The position numbers and the translations under genes were made by a program. Below are positions 40,207-51,384 of a stretch of 64,000 bases of DNA, piece after piece. The stretch's first letter is position 1. Each line of letters starts with the position of its first letter. Under the pieces are notes generated by a model. The model did not search any database, had not been told where the DNA came from, and worked only from the letters and a program-made list of their open reading frames with translations. Origin of the DNA: Candidatus Hydrothermarchaeota archaeon. GTDB lineage: Archaea; CAYFZR01. Location: the NCBI GenBank assembly GCA_046760505.1, contig JBHIEG010000011.1:1-64000 (forward strand). The letters are read 5' to 3'.

Positions 40207-41280
40207 TCACTTCCATATTAAAATTTTACCGTCTTTTACCACCTGATGAACGTGCTCACTCCTTCCTCTGGAAACAAAGGCCAACAATGGGTCTTTCGCC
40301 CATTTAAGTTCTTTTTCTGGGTTTATTATCACCAAATTTGCCCTTTTGCCCTCTTCAATAATGCCAAAGTCCAACTTTAATACTTCAGATGGATTTACAG
40401 TTATAGCCTTGAGAAAGATCTTTGGATCTATTGTATCCCTTGATATATTACTGTAAAGACGAAATGAAAACCGCATTTCTTCCAGTATGTCTGGTGTGTT
40501 AGCCATGGCATTGTCTGTTCCAAGGCAGATGTATTTTGAATTCAATATACTCGCAGAGGGTATTCCCAGTCGAAAGTATAGATTACTCCTCGGGCAAATT
40601 ACGATTGGTACTTCTTTCTTTATTGCATAATCAACCTCATACTCACTTGCTTTTGTTAGGTGGACCAGAAAATCAGGTTCATATTTCATGCATTCCAACA
40701 ATTCATCTGAGTATATCTCACATGCATGGATTCCCAGCAACTTTTTTCCTCTTCTATTGCTCATTTCTTCTAGTTCTCTTTCGTTGTAATCCCTTACGGA
40801 ACTAATTCCCCAGCCATCTGCGTATTCAATGGCATCGTAGTCTCCATTTGGTCTTCCGAGGATTATTCCCTTGATGGGATAATGCTTCAGCGCTTCTTTC
40901 AATAGAATTATGCCATTTTTCCCGCCTTCTCTGAAATCACAGAATGCTAGAGTTCCACAGGCGAGCATAATATCTAAAGAGCTTTTGATGCCATTTATTA
41001 TATCCTCATTGCTTTTTTTCCCGAGTAATTTATGTTTGAGCCCTTTTGGTCCGACACAATCCTCTAAACTCAAACTGTAACATTGTTCAACCAGACAAGA
41101 ATCTCCCAAATGGGTATGGGTGTTAATGAAAGATGGAAGCATCCATCTTCCTTTCATGTCTATTCCATAAAAATTGTACCCTTCACCTATTTCTGTTATT
41201 TCATCACCTTTTATTTTTAAATAACCAGAAATTGGAATTAAATCCTCGGAATAAAATATTAAAAGGTTTTTCAGTATCAT
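40207..41280 (-). CDS. Amidohydrolase/deaminase family protein
   Basis: NTHTHLGD, IHACE, VHLT, CPRSN, LGTDN. Confidence 0.88.
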   Translation of the reverse strand: MILKNLLIFYSEDLIPISGYLKIKGDEITEIGEGYNFYGIDMKGRWMLPSFINTHTHLGDSCLVEQCYSLSLEDCVGPKGLKHKLLGKKSNEDIINGIKSSLDIMLACGTLAFCDFREGGKNGIILLKEALKHYPIKGIILGRPNGDYDAIEYADGWGISSVRDYNERELEEMSNRRGKKLLGIHACEIYSDELLECMKYEPDFLVHLTKASEYEVDYAIKKEVPIVICPRSNLYFRLGIPSASILNSKYICLGTDNAMANTPDILEEMRFSFRLYSNISRDTIDPKIFLKAITVNPSEVLKLDFGIIEEGKRANLVIINPEKELKWAKDPLLAFVSRGRSEHVHQVVKDGKILIWK

Positions 41281-41396
41281 CTTCAGCCCTTCAAATTTTT
41301 ATTTCTTAAATTCAAATCGTTCAGATTTCCAATGCATATTAAGGACAAGAGTTTTTATAGAATGAAGTCTTTTATAGATATTGCGATGGTGATCTT

Positions 41397-41570
41397 ATGG
41401 TGAGAGCAAGAGGCAAAAGAGAAAGAACCCAACTACCATCCTCGGCTGCTGGATTGGTCAGATACATGGACGTAGAAGAATCTAAAATTCACATAAGTCC
41501 AGAAGCGGTAATTGGACTCACCCTTGTCCTCGTAGGGGCTGAGATTGCCATCCACCTATTCGGCATCTAG
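41397..41570 (+). CDS. secG: Preprotein translocase subunit Sec61beta
   Basis: Not in the ORF track; MVRARGKRERTQLPSSAAGLVRYMDVEESKIHISPEAVIGLTLVLVGAEIAIHLFGI; GGTGA RBS. Confidence 0.93.
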   Translation: MVRARGKRERTQLPSSAAGLVRYMDVEESKIHISPEAVIGLTLVLVGAEIAIHLFGI

Positions 41571-41602
41571 GCATATTTTCAAACCGAATAAAAGGAATTA
41601 CA

Positions 41603-42181
41603 ATGCAGGTTATTTTTGTTGGGAGATCAAACGTAGGGAAATCAAGCGTTCTAAGAATGATTACTGGAAAAAAAATTCCAGTGGGCAAAAAACCGGGAGT
41701 TACAAGGAGAATTAACAAGTATTTCCTAAATGATTTAGTTTTTGTGGACTTCCCTGGTTTCGGTTTTATGTACGGAGTTCCCGGGCGTGTTCAAGAAAGG
41801 GTTAAAAGAGACCTGATCAGATATATCGAGGAGAACAGGGAAGAAATTCTCTTCGGAGTTCAGATAATTGACGGTAAAAGTTTTATGGAGATAGTTGAAA
41901 GATGGGAAAGGAGGGGGCAGATACCAATAGATATAGAATTTTTTGAATTGCTAGAGGAATTAGATCTCAATCCCCTCTTGGTAGTGAATAAAATCGATAA
42001 AATAAGGAAAGAAAAGTTAGACGAAGTTTTAAATCAAATATGCGAAAAATTAGGACTCTTACCGCCTTGGAGACAGTGGCTGGATCGATTTATCCCTGTC
42101 TCTGCGAAAACTGGGGAAAACATTTTATTGTTGAAGAAGGTAATAAGGAGGAGAATAGGTGAGGTGGGCAAGGGTGTATAA
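41603..42181 (+). CDS. engB: GTP-binding protein EngB
   Basis: GRSNVGKSS, KPGVT, DFPG, NKID, SAK. Confidence 0.93.
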   Translation: MQVIFVGRSNVGKSSVLRMITGKKIPVGKKPGVTRRINKYFLNDLVFVDFPGFGFMYGVPGRVQERVKRDLIRYIEENREEILFGVQIIDGKSFMEIVERWERRGQIPIDIEFFELLEELDLNPLLVVNKIDKIRKEKLDEVLNQICEKLGLLPPWRQWLDRFIPVSAKTGENILLLKKVIRRRIGEVGKGV

Positions 42182-42287
42182 GAACATTCACTTTCACTTT
42201 TTGTATTCTTCCCAAAGGCTAGAAATTGACAGACATGATCTCACCTTTTATATCCTTCATGGGAAAGAGTTAGGTTAAGGTGTTAAC

Positions 42288-43637
42288 ATGGACAAAAAAC
42301 TAGATGAAATCGTAGAAGAAATCTCGAAAAGAACCAAAAAAGATAAAAATACAATTATAGAGTTGGTTCAAAAGAAACAACAGGAATTTGGAGGGTTAAT
42401 AACACCAGAAGGGGCTGCCCACGTCGTAGCAAAGGAAATGGGTATAAATTTGTTGGAACTGCCTGAAACTAAACCAATCAAAATCAACGAAATTAAGGCA
42501 AACATGAACAACCTCACATTGATCGGAAGAATTTCTCAGGTCTCAAAACCTAGAGAATTTGAAAGACAAGATGGCTCAAAAGGTAAGGTAGCAAACATAG
42601 AAATTTTAGACGAAACATCTAGCATTAGAGTGGTTTTGTGGGGAAAAGACGTAGATTATGTAAGGAAATTAAAAGAGGGTGACATAGTAAAGATAAAGGG
42701 TGCCTACTCAAAGGAAGGTTTAACCGGAGTAGAATGTCACTTGGGAAGATTTGGGTCGATAGAAGTGGATCCAGATATAGAGAAAGAACCGCCCCAAGTA
42801 GAAATTCCAAAAACTATTCCCATATCTGATGTCGAGGTTGGCATGGACAGTGTAAACATACAGGGAAAAGTAATCTGGACATCAGAAATAAGGGAATTCG
42901 AAAGAGAAGGCAGAACTGGAAGGGCTGTAACCCTGATAGTTGGAGATGAAACCGGTACCATTCCCATTACCCTATGGGACTCCGATGTCAAGTTGGTGGA
43001 AGACGGATACATCGACGAAGGAAGTGTGATAAAGGTATTCGACGCATACTCAAGGGAAGGTCTAAGGGGTCCTGAACTCCACTTAGGCTGGCGGGGAAGG
43101 ATTTTTGTCGAGGAAGAGAAAGATTTGGAAGAGGTAGAAATAGTTGAGAGAGAAATCCAAAGAGTTTCCATAAATGACATTACCCAAGAAGGATTCTATG
43201 AGATCAGAGGTATGTTGATTCATCTGTACGATAGAAAACCTTTATACCATGCTTGTCCTATATGCAAGAGAGGGGCTCGTCAAGAAGATGGAGAGTTTGT
43301 ATGTGAAAACTGCGGCAAAATAGAGCCAGAGCCAAGATTGGTTATAAGTGGCATGATTGATGATGGAACCGCCAACATTAAGGTTGTTTTCTTTGGGAAA
43401 GTCGCTGAGGACTTGTTGAAAATAAAAGCAGAAGAACTTGAAGACTCCATTAAAAAAGATTCTGAAATTTTCGAGATTAAAAAAGAAGAAATACTAGGAA
43501 AGGAATATATACTATCTGGGAAAACAAATATTGATGATTTTACAGGGCAGTTGGAATTTAGAGTTGGAAAAATAAGTGACGTAAATCCCTTAGAAGAGGC
43601 AAAGGTATTGGTAGAGGAGTTAGATTTGGATGGTTAA
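42288..43637 (+). CDS. rpa: Replication protein A (OB folds plus Zn finger)
   Basis: Repeated OB folds ([37 protein letters not shown]); CPIC..CENC; upstream of radA. Confidence 0.92.
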   Translation: MDKKLDEIVEEISKRTKKDKNTIIELVQKKQQEFGGLITPEGAAHVVAKEMGINLLELPETKPIKINEIKANMNNLTLIGRISQVSKPREFERQDGSKGKVANIEILDETSSIRVVLWGKDVDYVRKLKEGDIVKIKGAYSKEGLTGVECHLGRFGSIEVDPDIEKEPPQVEIPKTIPISDVEVGMDSVNIQGKVIWTSEIREFEREGRTGRAVTLIVGDETGTIPITLWDSDVKLVEDGYIDEGSVIKVFDAYSREGLRGPELHLGWRGRIFVEEEKDLEEVEIVEREIQRVSINDITQEGFYEIRGMLIHLYDRKPLYHACPICKRGARQEDGEFVCENCGKIEPEPRLVISGMIDDGTANIKVVFFGKVAEDLLKIKAEELEDSIKKDSEIFEIKKEEILGKEYILSGKTNIDDFTGQLEFRVGKISDVNPLEEAKVLVEELDLDG

Positions 43638-44583
43638 AGAGGCAGAAAGAATTAAGAGTTTAGAGGAGCTCCCAGGAGTTGGTCCTGCAATTGCAGAGAA
43701 GTTAAAAGAGGCTGGTTATCTTTCCCTAGAATCAATCGCAGTTGCGACCGCCCTAGAGCTAAAGGAAGTAGCAGATATAGGTGAGAGCACTGCGATAAAA
43801 ATTATAAATTCAGCCAGAAACGCCTGTGACATGGGATTTTTTAGAGGAGACGAAATTCTCGAGAAAAGGAAGCAAATAGGAAGAATTACTACTAACAGCA
43901 AGAATTTCGATCACCTTCTCGGAGGAGGAATAGAAACTCAAGCAATAACAGAACTTTTCGGAGAATTTGGATCAGGTAAAACCCAAGTAGCTCACCAAGT
44001 CGCAGTAACCGTTCAGTTGCCCAAGGAGCAAGGTGGATTAGAAAGAGGAGCAATATATGTGGATACTGAAAATACCTTCCGTCCCGAAAGAATTCAGCAA
44101 ATGTCGGAAGCATTAGGTTTGGATCCTGCAGAAACCCTGAAAAACATTCATGTTGCTAGGGCATATAATAGTGATCATCAAATGCTCCTCGTTGAAAAGG
44201 CAGAAGACATAACTAAAGAAGAAGACGTTGGTGTTATAATAGTAGACTCTTTGACAAGCCATTTTAGAGCAGAATACGTTGGAAGAGGTACGTTGGCTCC
44301 GAGACAGCAAAAGTTAAACAGGCACCTACACACCCTTCAAAAACTCGCTGATCTCTACAATCTCTCTGTTTTGGTCACCAACCAAGTAATGGCAAGACCA
44401 GACATGTTCTTCGGTGACCCAACCCAGGCGGTGGGGGGTCATGTTGTAGGTCATCAGGCTACATTCAGACTGTACCTCAGGAAGAGCAAAGGTGGAAAGA
44501 GGATAGCAAGATTGGTAGATTCACCAAACATGCCAGAAGGAGAATGTGTATTCAGAATAGTTGAAGCAGGAGTAAGGGATTAA
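43630..44583 (+). CDS. radA: DNA repair and recombination protein RadA (no intein)
   Basis: LPGVGP Hh[32 protein letters not shown]. Confidence 0.98.
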   Translation: MVKEAERIKSLEELPGVGPAIAEKLKEAGYLSLESIAVATALELKEVADIGESTAIKIINSARNACDMGFFRGDEILEKRKQIGRITTNSKNFDHLLGGGIETQAITELFGEFGSGKTQVAHQVAVTVQLPKEQGGLERGAIYVDTENTFRPERIQQMSEALGLDPAETLKNIHVARAYNSDHQMLLVEKAEDITKEEDVGVIIVDSLTSHFRAEYVGRGTLAPRQQKLNRHLHTLQKLADLYNLSVLVTNQVMARPDMFFGDPTQAVGGHVVGHQATFRLYLRKSKGGKRIARLVDSPNMPEGECVFRIVEAGVRD

Positions 44584-44601
44584 CCCTTAACATTCTCCCT
44601 A

Positions 44602-45078
44602 CTATTTCGTACTTCCCCTATTCTGTAAGACCGTCCCAAAATCTAAAATCCGATTGTCTTTTATTCTGAGTCCCTCAAACTCTAAAAGTCTTTTCTTTTT
44701 TTCTATTCCCTCATGATAGCCTCCGATACTACCATTAGACATGACAACTCTGTGACAGGGTATTCTTACGGGAAAAGGATTTTTTCCCAAAATTCTCCCA
44801 ACTTCCCTTGGATTCATTTCGCATCTATCTGCTAACTTTTTATACGTGGTCAATCTTCCTTTTGGAACTTTCAACAGTTCTCTGTAAACAGTCTCTTGTT
44901 TCTCTGAGAAATCCCTCCAATTTATGCTTGCATTGTTCAATAGTTCGAGAAACAGTTTACTCCCGATTCTTTTTCCTGATTGAGCGAACCTTACTTCTCT
45001 CAGTAGGCCTCCTTCAATTTTACATGAGATGAAAAGTCCATTGATCGATGTCCATACAATCATAGTCTCAGCAAACAA
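44602..45078 (-). CDS. ogt: Methylated-DNA--protein-cysteine methyltransferase
   Basis: VPKGRLTTY, NPFPVRIPCHRVV, GGY..G..KK..LLEFEG. Confidence 0.92.
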   Translation of the reverse strand: MFAETMIVWTSINGLFISCKIEGGLLREVRFAQSGKRIGSKLFLELLNNASINWRDFSEKQETVYRELLKVPKGRLTTYKKLADRCEMNPREVGRILGKNPFPVRIPCHRVVMSNGSIGGYHEGIEKKKRLLEFEGLRIKDNRILDFGTVLQNRGSTK

Positions 45079-45112
45079 ACACTTTTTCTACTTTAATTAA
45101 TTTTCTACTCAT

Positions 45113-46981
45113 ATGCTCGATGTCAAATTTTTCCCTTATGAACCATGGGAGAATCAGGTTGAAACCATAGAATTCATCCAGAAAAGTCTCAGAAATAAAG
45201 ATGTTTGTTTAAATGCCATTACAGGATTCGGAAAAACCCCTGTAATTCTTGCAGCACTATTGCCTTTAGCCTTAAAGCAGGAAAAACATATAATCTGGGC
45301 TGTTCGAACCGGCAATGAAACTGACAGACCTATAGAAGAATTGAAAATCATAAATTCTTTTCTTGGGGAAGATATACTTGGCATATCCTATCGCGGGAAG
45401 AAGGATATGTGTTTGCTGCTTCATGAGCTCAAGATGGATAAACAGGTAGATTGGCAGGATGTCTCTCTTTTTTGTAAAACCAAGCAAAAAGACTGCAAAT
45501 ACAAAAAGAACTATGATTCATCTGATTTAATCGAAAAAATCAGTGAACCCATGCTTTACTCGGAGATAATTGATTTCTGCTCTTATGAAGAGATATGTCC
45601 GTACAAAGCGCAATCAGATTTGCTTCCGTACTCAACGGTTATAGGTCTCAACTATAATTACATCATAGATGAAAAAATAAGCTGGGGAATTAGATCAAAG
45701 ATCAGCTTTAAGAACTCTTTTTTAGTTGTAGATGAAGCCCATAATTTACAGAATGCTTTTTCAAACTTAAATTCTCATAAGATTACATTAGGCTCAATAT
45801 GGAATGCTATGAAAGAACTAAAACAATATGAGGAATGGAAAGGATTTGAAGAAGTAAAGGAAAATCTTGAAATAATGGCAAAAGGTCTAAGAGAATTAAA
45901 TATTGAAGAAGAAACCGAATTCGATGCTAAATGTTTTCTAAAATTATTTGACCAAGATTTTGAAGAATCTCTCAAGAATATGCAAAGATTCGGAAATCAT
46001 ACGAGAAAGAAGAAGTTAAGGGAAGGAAAAAGACCAAGATCAAGCCTCTATCATCTAGGCACTTTTTGGAGATTTTTGATAGAAGCCATTGATATTGATG
46101 GAATCGCATTTATTGCGAAGAAAGAGAGAAGAAATGTAAGCATTGAAATATGGGATATGCGCGCCAAAGAGATCCTAAAGGACAGGTGGAAAATCTTTAG
46201 TAGATGTATATTTTGCTCTGGAACCTTGAATCCAATAAATGCCTTTGCTGAGACCATTGGATTAGATAACTATGCTGGCAACTCTGTTCCCGCTTCTTAT
46301 AACCAGAAGAATGTAAAATCGCTGGTTATTAAAGGTGTCTCAACAAAAGGTGAAGAATTGAGCGATGAAATGAAAAGAAAATATGTTGAGTGTATATCAG
46401 ATTTCCTGGAACTGAATGCCAACTTAGCCATATTCTCCGCCAGCTACAGGATTCAAGAGGATTTGATTGATGCTGGCCTAAAAGATGTAATATCTAGCCA
46501 TGGAAGAAGATTGTTTATGGAAAGACAGGGTATGAGCGGAAAAGAGAGCAGAAAAACGTTGGATGACTTTAAAAAATGTGCCAACAAAAATGTTAAGGGG
46601 GTGCTCTGTGCTACCCAAACAGGGAGATTTGCAGAAGGGGCTGATTTCCCAGGAAAGGAGTTGGAAGGAATTTTCCTTGTAGGCATTCCTTTCGAGAAGA
46701 TGACGGTGAAAACCAGACTGTATCTTGATTACTATAACAGGCTATACGGAAAAGAAAAAGGAACTTACTACGCTTACATCGTCCCTGCTTTAAGAAGAGC
46801 CTCCCAATCATTGGGTAGAGCCTTAAGATCAGAGTACGATAGAGCAGTATTCATTTTGGGAGATGAAAGATACAAAGAAGAAAGGTTCTTTAGACTATTG
46901 CCAGATTTCGTTCAAAATTTTGAACTGATAGGTGAAAAAGAAATCAAACAGCACATAGGTCATTTCTTTGAGCAAAGCTAA
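45113..46981 (+). CDS. XPD/Rad3-family Fe-S helicase
   Basis: TGFGKT, Cys ligands (DMC, FC, DC, ICPY), DEAH, SGTL, EGADFPG, QSLGRALR. Confidence 0.92.
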   Translation: MLDVKFFPYEPWENQVETIEFIQKSLRNKDVCLNAITGFGKTPVILAALLPLALKQEKHIIWAVRTGNETDRPIEELKIINSFLGEDILGISYRGKKDMCLLLHELKMDKQVDWQDVSLFCKTKQKDCKYKKNYDSSDLIEKISEPMLYSEIIDFCSYEEICPYKAQSDLLPYSTVIGLNYNYIIDEKISWGIRSKISFKNSFLVVDEAHNLQNAFSNLNSHKITLGSIWNAMKELKQYEEWKGFEEVKENLEIMAKGLRELNIEEETEFDAKCFLKLFDQDFEESLKNMQRFGNHTRKKKLREGKRPRSSLYHLGTFWRFLIEAIDIDGIAFIAKKERRNVSIEIWDMRAKEILKDRWKIFSRCIFCSGTLNPINAFAETIGLDNYAGNSVPASYNQKNVKSLVIKGVSTKGEELSDEMKRKYVECISDFLELNANLAIFSASYRIQEDLIDAGLKDVISSHGRRLFMERQGMSGKESRKTLDDFKKCANKNVKGVLCATQTGRFAEGADFPGKELEGIFLVGIPFEKMTVKTRLYLDYYNRLYGKEKGTYYAYIVPALRRASQSLGRALRSEYDRAVFILGDERYKEERFFRLLPDFVQNFELIGEKEIKQHIGHFFEQS

Positions 46982-47604
46982 ATTAAATTCTTCAACTCAC
47001 TTAAATCGGTGATCACATCGTCGCCAGATTTTCTACTACTCCTGTCTAGGTAATAAGCATTGATGCCAAGTTCTTTTGGAACCAGATAGTCATATTCCCA
47101 CTGATCTCCAACATGAACCATCTCTGAAGGTTCAATTTTTAAAATCTGACATATTTTGGAATAAAAATTAGCAGACTTCCTGACCTGATTGAAATCAGAG
47201 ATAGAAGAGAAAATTTTGGAAAAATAATCTTTAAGTCCTTCTAACTCGACATCTAGGAATTCCTTGGTTGCGTTGGATGAAATCACAAGAACGTATTTCT
47301 TGTATAGATAGTTCAGCACATCAGTAACTTCAGGGTATACCCTTATTTTATCCCTGAAATTTCTCAGAACTTCATCATAATCTCTATTTAGACCAAAATG
47401 TCGCAGCCAGTAATCCAAATCATACCACTCTATTTTGTCCTTCCCAATTTTCGCATATTCCTTCAGTACATATTTCTTTGCTTGATCAAAGTCGATTCCT
47501 TCTTTTTCCGCATACAGTTCAGGTATCCCCTGATTCCAAACTAAATCAGCGAATACAGGATCTATAAGCGTGCCATCAACATCGAATGATACTACCCGAA
47601 TCAC
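46978..47604 (-). CDS. HAD-family hydrolase
   Basis: FDVDGTL, SSNA, HVGDQWEYD. Confidence 0.92.
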   Translation of the reverse strand: MIRVVSFDVDGTLIDPVFADLVWNQGIPELYAEKEGIDFDQAKKYVLKEYAKIGKDKIEWYDLDYWLRHFGLNRDYDEVLRNFRDKIRVYPEVTDVLNYLYKKYVLVISSNATKEFLDVELEGLKDYFSKIFSSISDFNQVRKSANFYSKICQILKIEPSEMVHVGDQWEYDYLVPKELGINAYYLDRSSRKSGDDVITDLSELKNLI

Positions 47605-47687
47605 AGAAATCTTGGGTTAAACTTCATTTATCAATGTTTTTATAGGAAGTACAACAACGATTTAAACCTTTAGTAAAGGTGGTTCTG

Positions 47688-48713
47688 ATGAAATTATCCC
47701 GCCGCAAATTTATCGCAACTGCTTTAGGAGGCTTAAGCGCTCTGTTAGGTAGTTATTTTCTTGCTATGAGTGGAAGGAGGATGGAACCAATAGAAACTCC
47801 AAGCAAGAGTGCAGATGTTTTTTTGATTAAGACCTCAGACAGGAATTTTGGCGTGAGAAGTTTACTGAGGAGATTCAACCTCAGCGAGTACACGGGAAAA
47901 AGAGTTGCAATAAAGGCTAATTTTAACAGCGCAGATCCATTCCCCGCTACAACGCACATAAATACCCTTGAGAACATTGTGAAGGAATTAAAGAAAGCTG
48001 GAGCAAGTGATATTACGCTGGCAGAAAGAAGTGGAATGGGTAACACCCGAAAAGTTCTTGAAAAAATGGGCGTTTATTCGCTATCAAAAGATTTGGACTT
48101 CAATGTAATTGTACTAGACGAAGAAAGCAAAGATGGCTGGAAAAAAATCGAACCAGACGGAACCCACTGGCTAAATGGCTTTTATATCTCAAAGGTCTTC
48201 CTGAATGCTGACAAAGTGGTACAAACCTGTTGCCTTAAAACTCATAGATTTGGCGGGCACTTCACCATGTCCCTTAAGAATTCAATAGGCTTGGTAGCGA
48301 AAAAAATTCCCGGAGAGTTCTACGATTATATGCTAGAACTGCATGCGTCACCCTATCAAAGGCTCATGATAGCAGAGGTCAACCGATTCTATACCAATGA
48401 TCTAGTATTGATGGATGCCATAAAGGCTTTTGTGAATGAAGGTCCTGAAAGAGGCAAATTGGTAAAGCCCGATCTGATGCTCGCCAGTAAAGATAGAGTC
48501 GCTATAGATGCGGTCGGAGTTGCAATTCTCAGGCGATACGGGTCTACTAAGGAGGTAATGAATGGAAGAATCTTCGAACTTGATCAAATAAAGAGAGCAT
48601 CTGAAATAGGTATAGGTGTGAGATCAGCATCGGATATAAGGCTGATTCCCTTAAACGATGAAAGTATTGAGGATGCAGAGGAGATAGATAACATACTGAA
48701 AACCCAAGGATAA
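47688..48713 (+). CDS. DUF362 domain protein with twin-arginine (Tat) signal
   Basis: MKLSRRKFIATALGG; IKANFNSAD, AERSG, LKTHRFGGHFTMSLKN, DRVAID. Confidence 0.85.
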   Translation: MKLSRRKFIATALGGLSALLGSYFLAMSGRRMEPIETPSKSADVFLIKTSDRNFGVRSLLRRFNLSEYTGKRVAIKANFNSADPFPATTHINTLENIVKELKKAGASDITLAERSGMGNTRKVLEKMGVYSLSKDLDFNVIVLDEESKDGWKKIEPDGTHWLNGFYISKVFLNADKVVQTCCLKTHRFGGHFTMSLKNSIGLVAKKIPGEFYDYMLELHASPYQRLMIAEVNRFYTNDLVLMDAIKAFVNEGPERGKLVKPDLMLASKDRVAIDAVGVAILRRYGSTKEVMNGRIFELDQIKRASEIGIGVRSASDIRLIPLNDESIEDAEEIDNILKTQG

Positions 48714-48723
48714 AAATTCAAAT

Positions 48724-50454
48724 TCAGTTGAATGATAGCCTACTTTTGACAAAATTACTCATGGTTTCAAAGGCCCTTTCATCCGCATCAATAGGCTCAG
48801 AACAGAATTCGTTTGCACAAACATACAACTTTGGCTCCTCATGAACTGGATAATTTAGTTTTGATATCCTTTTTTCATGCTTCTCGGGATTTAAAATCTC
48901 AATTATTTTGTTTGGTTCAAAAAATCTTAGAACTTCTTTGTGAAGATTAATTGTGCCCTCGTCACGCTCTGGGCCTACTATAACCAAATTTACAGGATAC
49001 AGGTACATATCTACCGCGTCTGCATACGCACATGCAAATATTCCGTATCTTTGATAGAGTTCAGAGAAGGCTAAGAGGGTTTTTTCAGCTATCTCTATAT
49101 AATCTTTCTTGCTTAAAAGATAATGAAGTTTAATAAAAACTTGCGCTGCTATAACATTCTCTTGAATTCCCTTATTTCTCATCTTTAAATTCCCTATAGC
49201 CCCTTTATCTTCCATGATATCAAAAAATCCCCCTGAGTTATCATAAAAATTTTTTAGGATAAAATCTGCTATATCTTTTGAGTATTCGATGAAATTTCTT
49301 TTTCCTGTGGATTCATAAGCATCAATAAGTGCCTTTGAAAAATATATCTGATCTGATAAAATTTTGAGTTCGTTTGAGTAGTGATAGACTCCTTCTCCCT
49401 CTTCATAACTGTTTTTCAATAGGAATTCAATGGATTTTAAAGCATATTTTAAATATTTCTTTTCATCCAGAATGTTAAAAGCATGGAGATATGATGATAT
49501 GGCGATTGAATTCCAGTTCGTGAATTTTGTTTTATCTACTGGTGGTTCTTTCATAAATGCCCTTTCTTTCTCATCCAATCTATAAAATTCTTCATCCGCG
49601 GATTGACTTCCATAGAATCCTCCATTCTCTTTATCAAAAAGTCTAGAATCAATGTAATTCAATATTTTTATTGCTGTTTCCTTATATTTTAAATCAGAAG
49701 TTATTGCGTATGCATTCAAGTAAGTTTTCAGGAGATTTGCATTGTCCTCAAGCATCTTTTCAAAATGAGGAATGCTCCAGTCTCTAGTTGTTGAGTATCT
49801 GAAGAATCCTCCATAAACATGATCAAATATTACCCCAGAACTCATTTTATCAAGGGTTTTAAGGACTATATTTAGGTAATATTCATCTCCAGTTCTGTTA
49901 TACCATTTAAGAGATAGATTTAGGGCATCTGAGTGATGAAACTTTGGAGCGTTTCCAAATCCGCCAAAATCTGGGTCAAATGAATCCACTATATATCCAA
50001 TTACATCATGAATGATTTTTTGATTCAGTTTTCCTTCTCGTAGTTTTATCTCTTCTTCGATCAAATGTTCTGATTCTGATATCTTTGCATAAATCTCATC
50101 TCTGTGTTCTCTGTAGTAATTGCTGACACGTTCCAAAAGGAGTTTCAGCTTTTGAGGAGGAAAGTAAGTGCCTCCTGTCAAGATTTCACCTGTTGGGGTA
50201 AGGAAGACAGTTGTTGGCCAGCCACCCATGTTGTACCTTTGATTAATATCCGGCCTCCTATCGTTGTCGACGCTAATCGCTATAAAATGACTGTTCACGA
50301 GGTTTACTACGTCTTCGTCTCTGTAGGTTGTATCTTCCATTACATGGCACCAATGGCACCATTTCGCTCCAATTTTCAATAATATTGGTCTATCTAAATC
50401 TTTTGCAAGTTTAAAGGCTTTTTCTCCCCATTCATGCCATTTTATTTCTTTTAT
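48724..50454 (-). CDS. YyaL/DUF255 thioredoxin-domain protein
   Basis: WCHWCHVME, RPDI..GGWPTTVFL, GGFFRYST..W..PHFEKML; the conserved N-terminus IKWHEWGEKAF..AK..RPILL extends upstream of the track's TTG to an ATA at 50454. Confidence 0.88.
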   Translation of the reverse strand: MKEIKWHEWGEKAFKLAKDLDRPILLKIGAKWCHWCHVMEDTTYRDEDVVNLVNSHFIAISVDNDRRPDINQRYNMGGWPTTVFLTPTGEILTGGTYFPPQKLKLLLERVSNYYREHRDEIYAKISESEHLIEEEIKLREGKLNQKIIHDVIGYIVDSFDPDFGGFGNAPKFHHSDALNLSLKWYNRTGDEYYLNIVLKTLDKMSSGVIFDHVYGGFFRYSTTRDWSIPHFEKMLEDNANLLKTYLNAYAITSDLKYKETAIKILNYIDSRLFDKENGGFYGSQSADEEFYRLDEKERAFMKEPPVDKTKFTNWNSIAISSYLHAFNILDEKKYLKYALKSIEFLLKNSYEEGEGVYHYSNELKILSDQIYFSKALIDAYESTGKRNFIEYSKDIADFILKNFYDNSGGFFDIMEDKGAIGNLKMRNKGIQENVIAAQVFIKLHYLLSKKDYIEIAEKTLLAFSELYQRYGIFACAYADAVDMYLYPVNLVIVGPERDEGTINLHKEVLRFFEPNKIIEILNPEKHEKRISKLNYPVHEEPKLYVCANEFCSEPIDADERAFETMSNFVKSRLSFN

Positions 50455-50595
50455 TAGAATTCCTCCCGGATTTAAATTAAATGAGCAAAACTAATTTAAA
50501 GATTTCGGAAATGCCTAATGAGAACATAATTCAAAAAACTTAACACCGAGATATGCTGGAAAATGCCTTAAAGCTCTCTCGAGAATTTCTTTCTC

Positions 50596-51381
50596 TTATT
50601 TTAATTCAAATTCAGCGACCACTATTGTATGGTCAGACGGTCTTTCTTCGAGCCTCGGTTGTATATCTATGTAACAGTTTATAGATTTTTCAGCAAGAGG
50701 TGGAGAAGCAAGTATTAAATCAACTCTCCATCCGATTTTTCTCTCTACTGCATTTTTTACCCTGTAATCGAAAAAAGTGTACTGGTTAGCCTGAATATTA
50801 TGTTTTCTGAAGATATCAACAAACCCCATTGATCTTACCATTTCAAAAGCATATCTTGCCTTTTCGTGAAAACAAACATGATTCCTTAAATCTTTTGGAT
50901 TGTGAACATCGATTTCTTCAGGCGCTACATTCATGTCTCCGCACCAGATTACATATTCTTTCATATTCATGTTTCTTTCAAAGAATTTCCTCAATCTATT
51001 AAACCATTCCAGTTTGTATTCATATCTCGGGCTTTCTACCTTAAAACCTTGGGGCACGTATGTGTTTACAACTGTAAGATCTTGGAATTTTGCCTTAATC
51101 AGTCTATCTTTATCCTTTGGTTCTGCATCGAAACCAAATTTCACATCCCTTGGTTCTTCAAGAGATGCTATTGCAACGCCATTTCTCCCTTTAGATCCAC
51201 TGAAAGCGACATGATAGCCGATTCTTCGAAATTGGTTCACTGGAAACTTTCTGTCTTCCACCTTAGTTTCCTGCATGCAGAAAATATCTGGTCTATTTCT
51301 TTCAAGCCATGGTATTACGATGTGAAGGCGGGATCTTATGGAATTAACATTATAGGTAGCTATTTTAATGTTTTTTGCCAT
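50596..51381 (-). CDS. xth: Exodeoxyribonuclease III
   Basis: TYNVNSIR, QETK, GDMNVAP, GWRVD, PSDH. Confidence 0.95.
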   Translation of the reverse strand: MAKNIKIATYNVNSIRSRLHIVIPWLERNRPDIFCMQETKVEDRKFPVNQFRRIGYHVAFSGSKGRNGVAIASLEEPRDVKFGFDAEPKDKDRLIKAKFQDLTVVNTYVPQGFKVESPRYEYKLEWFNRLRKFFERNMNMKEYVIWCGDMNVAPEEIDVHNPKDLRNHVCFHEKARYAFEMVRSMGFVDIFRKHNIQANQYTFFDYRVKNAVERKIGWRVDLILASPPLAEKSINCYIDIQPRLEERPSDHTIVVAEFELK

Positions 51382-51384
51382 CTT

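Noticed and set aside
39460-40221. 253-aa plus-strand ORF
   Set aside because: Antisense shadow of the CBS-domain gene, as are most short opposite-strand ORFs in the track.
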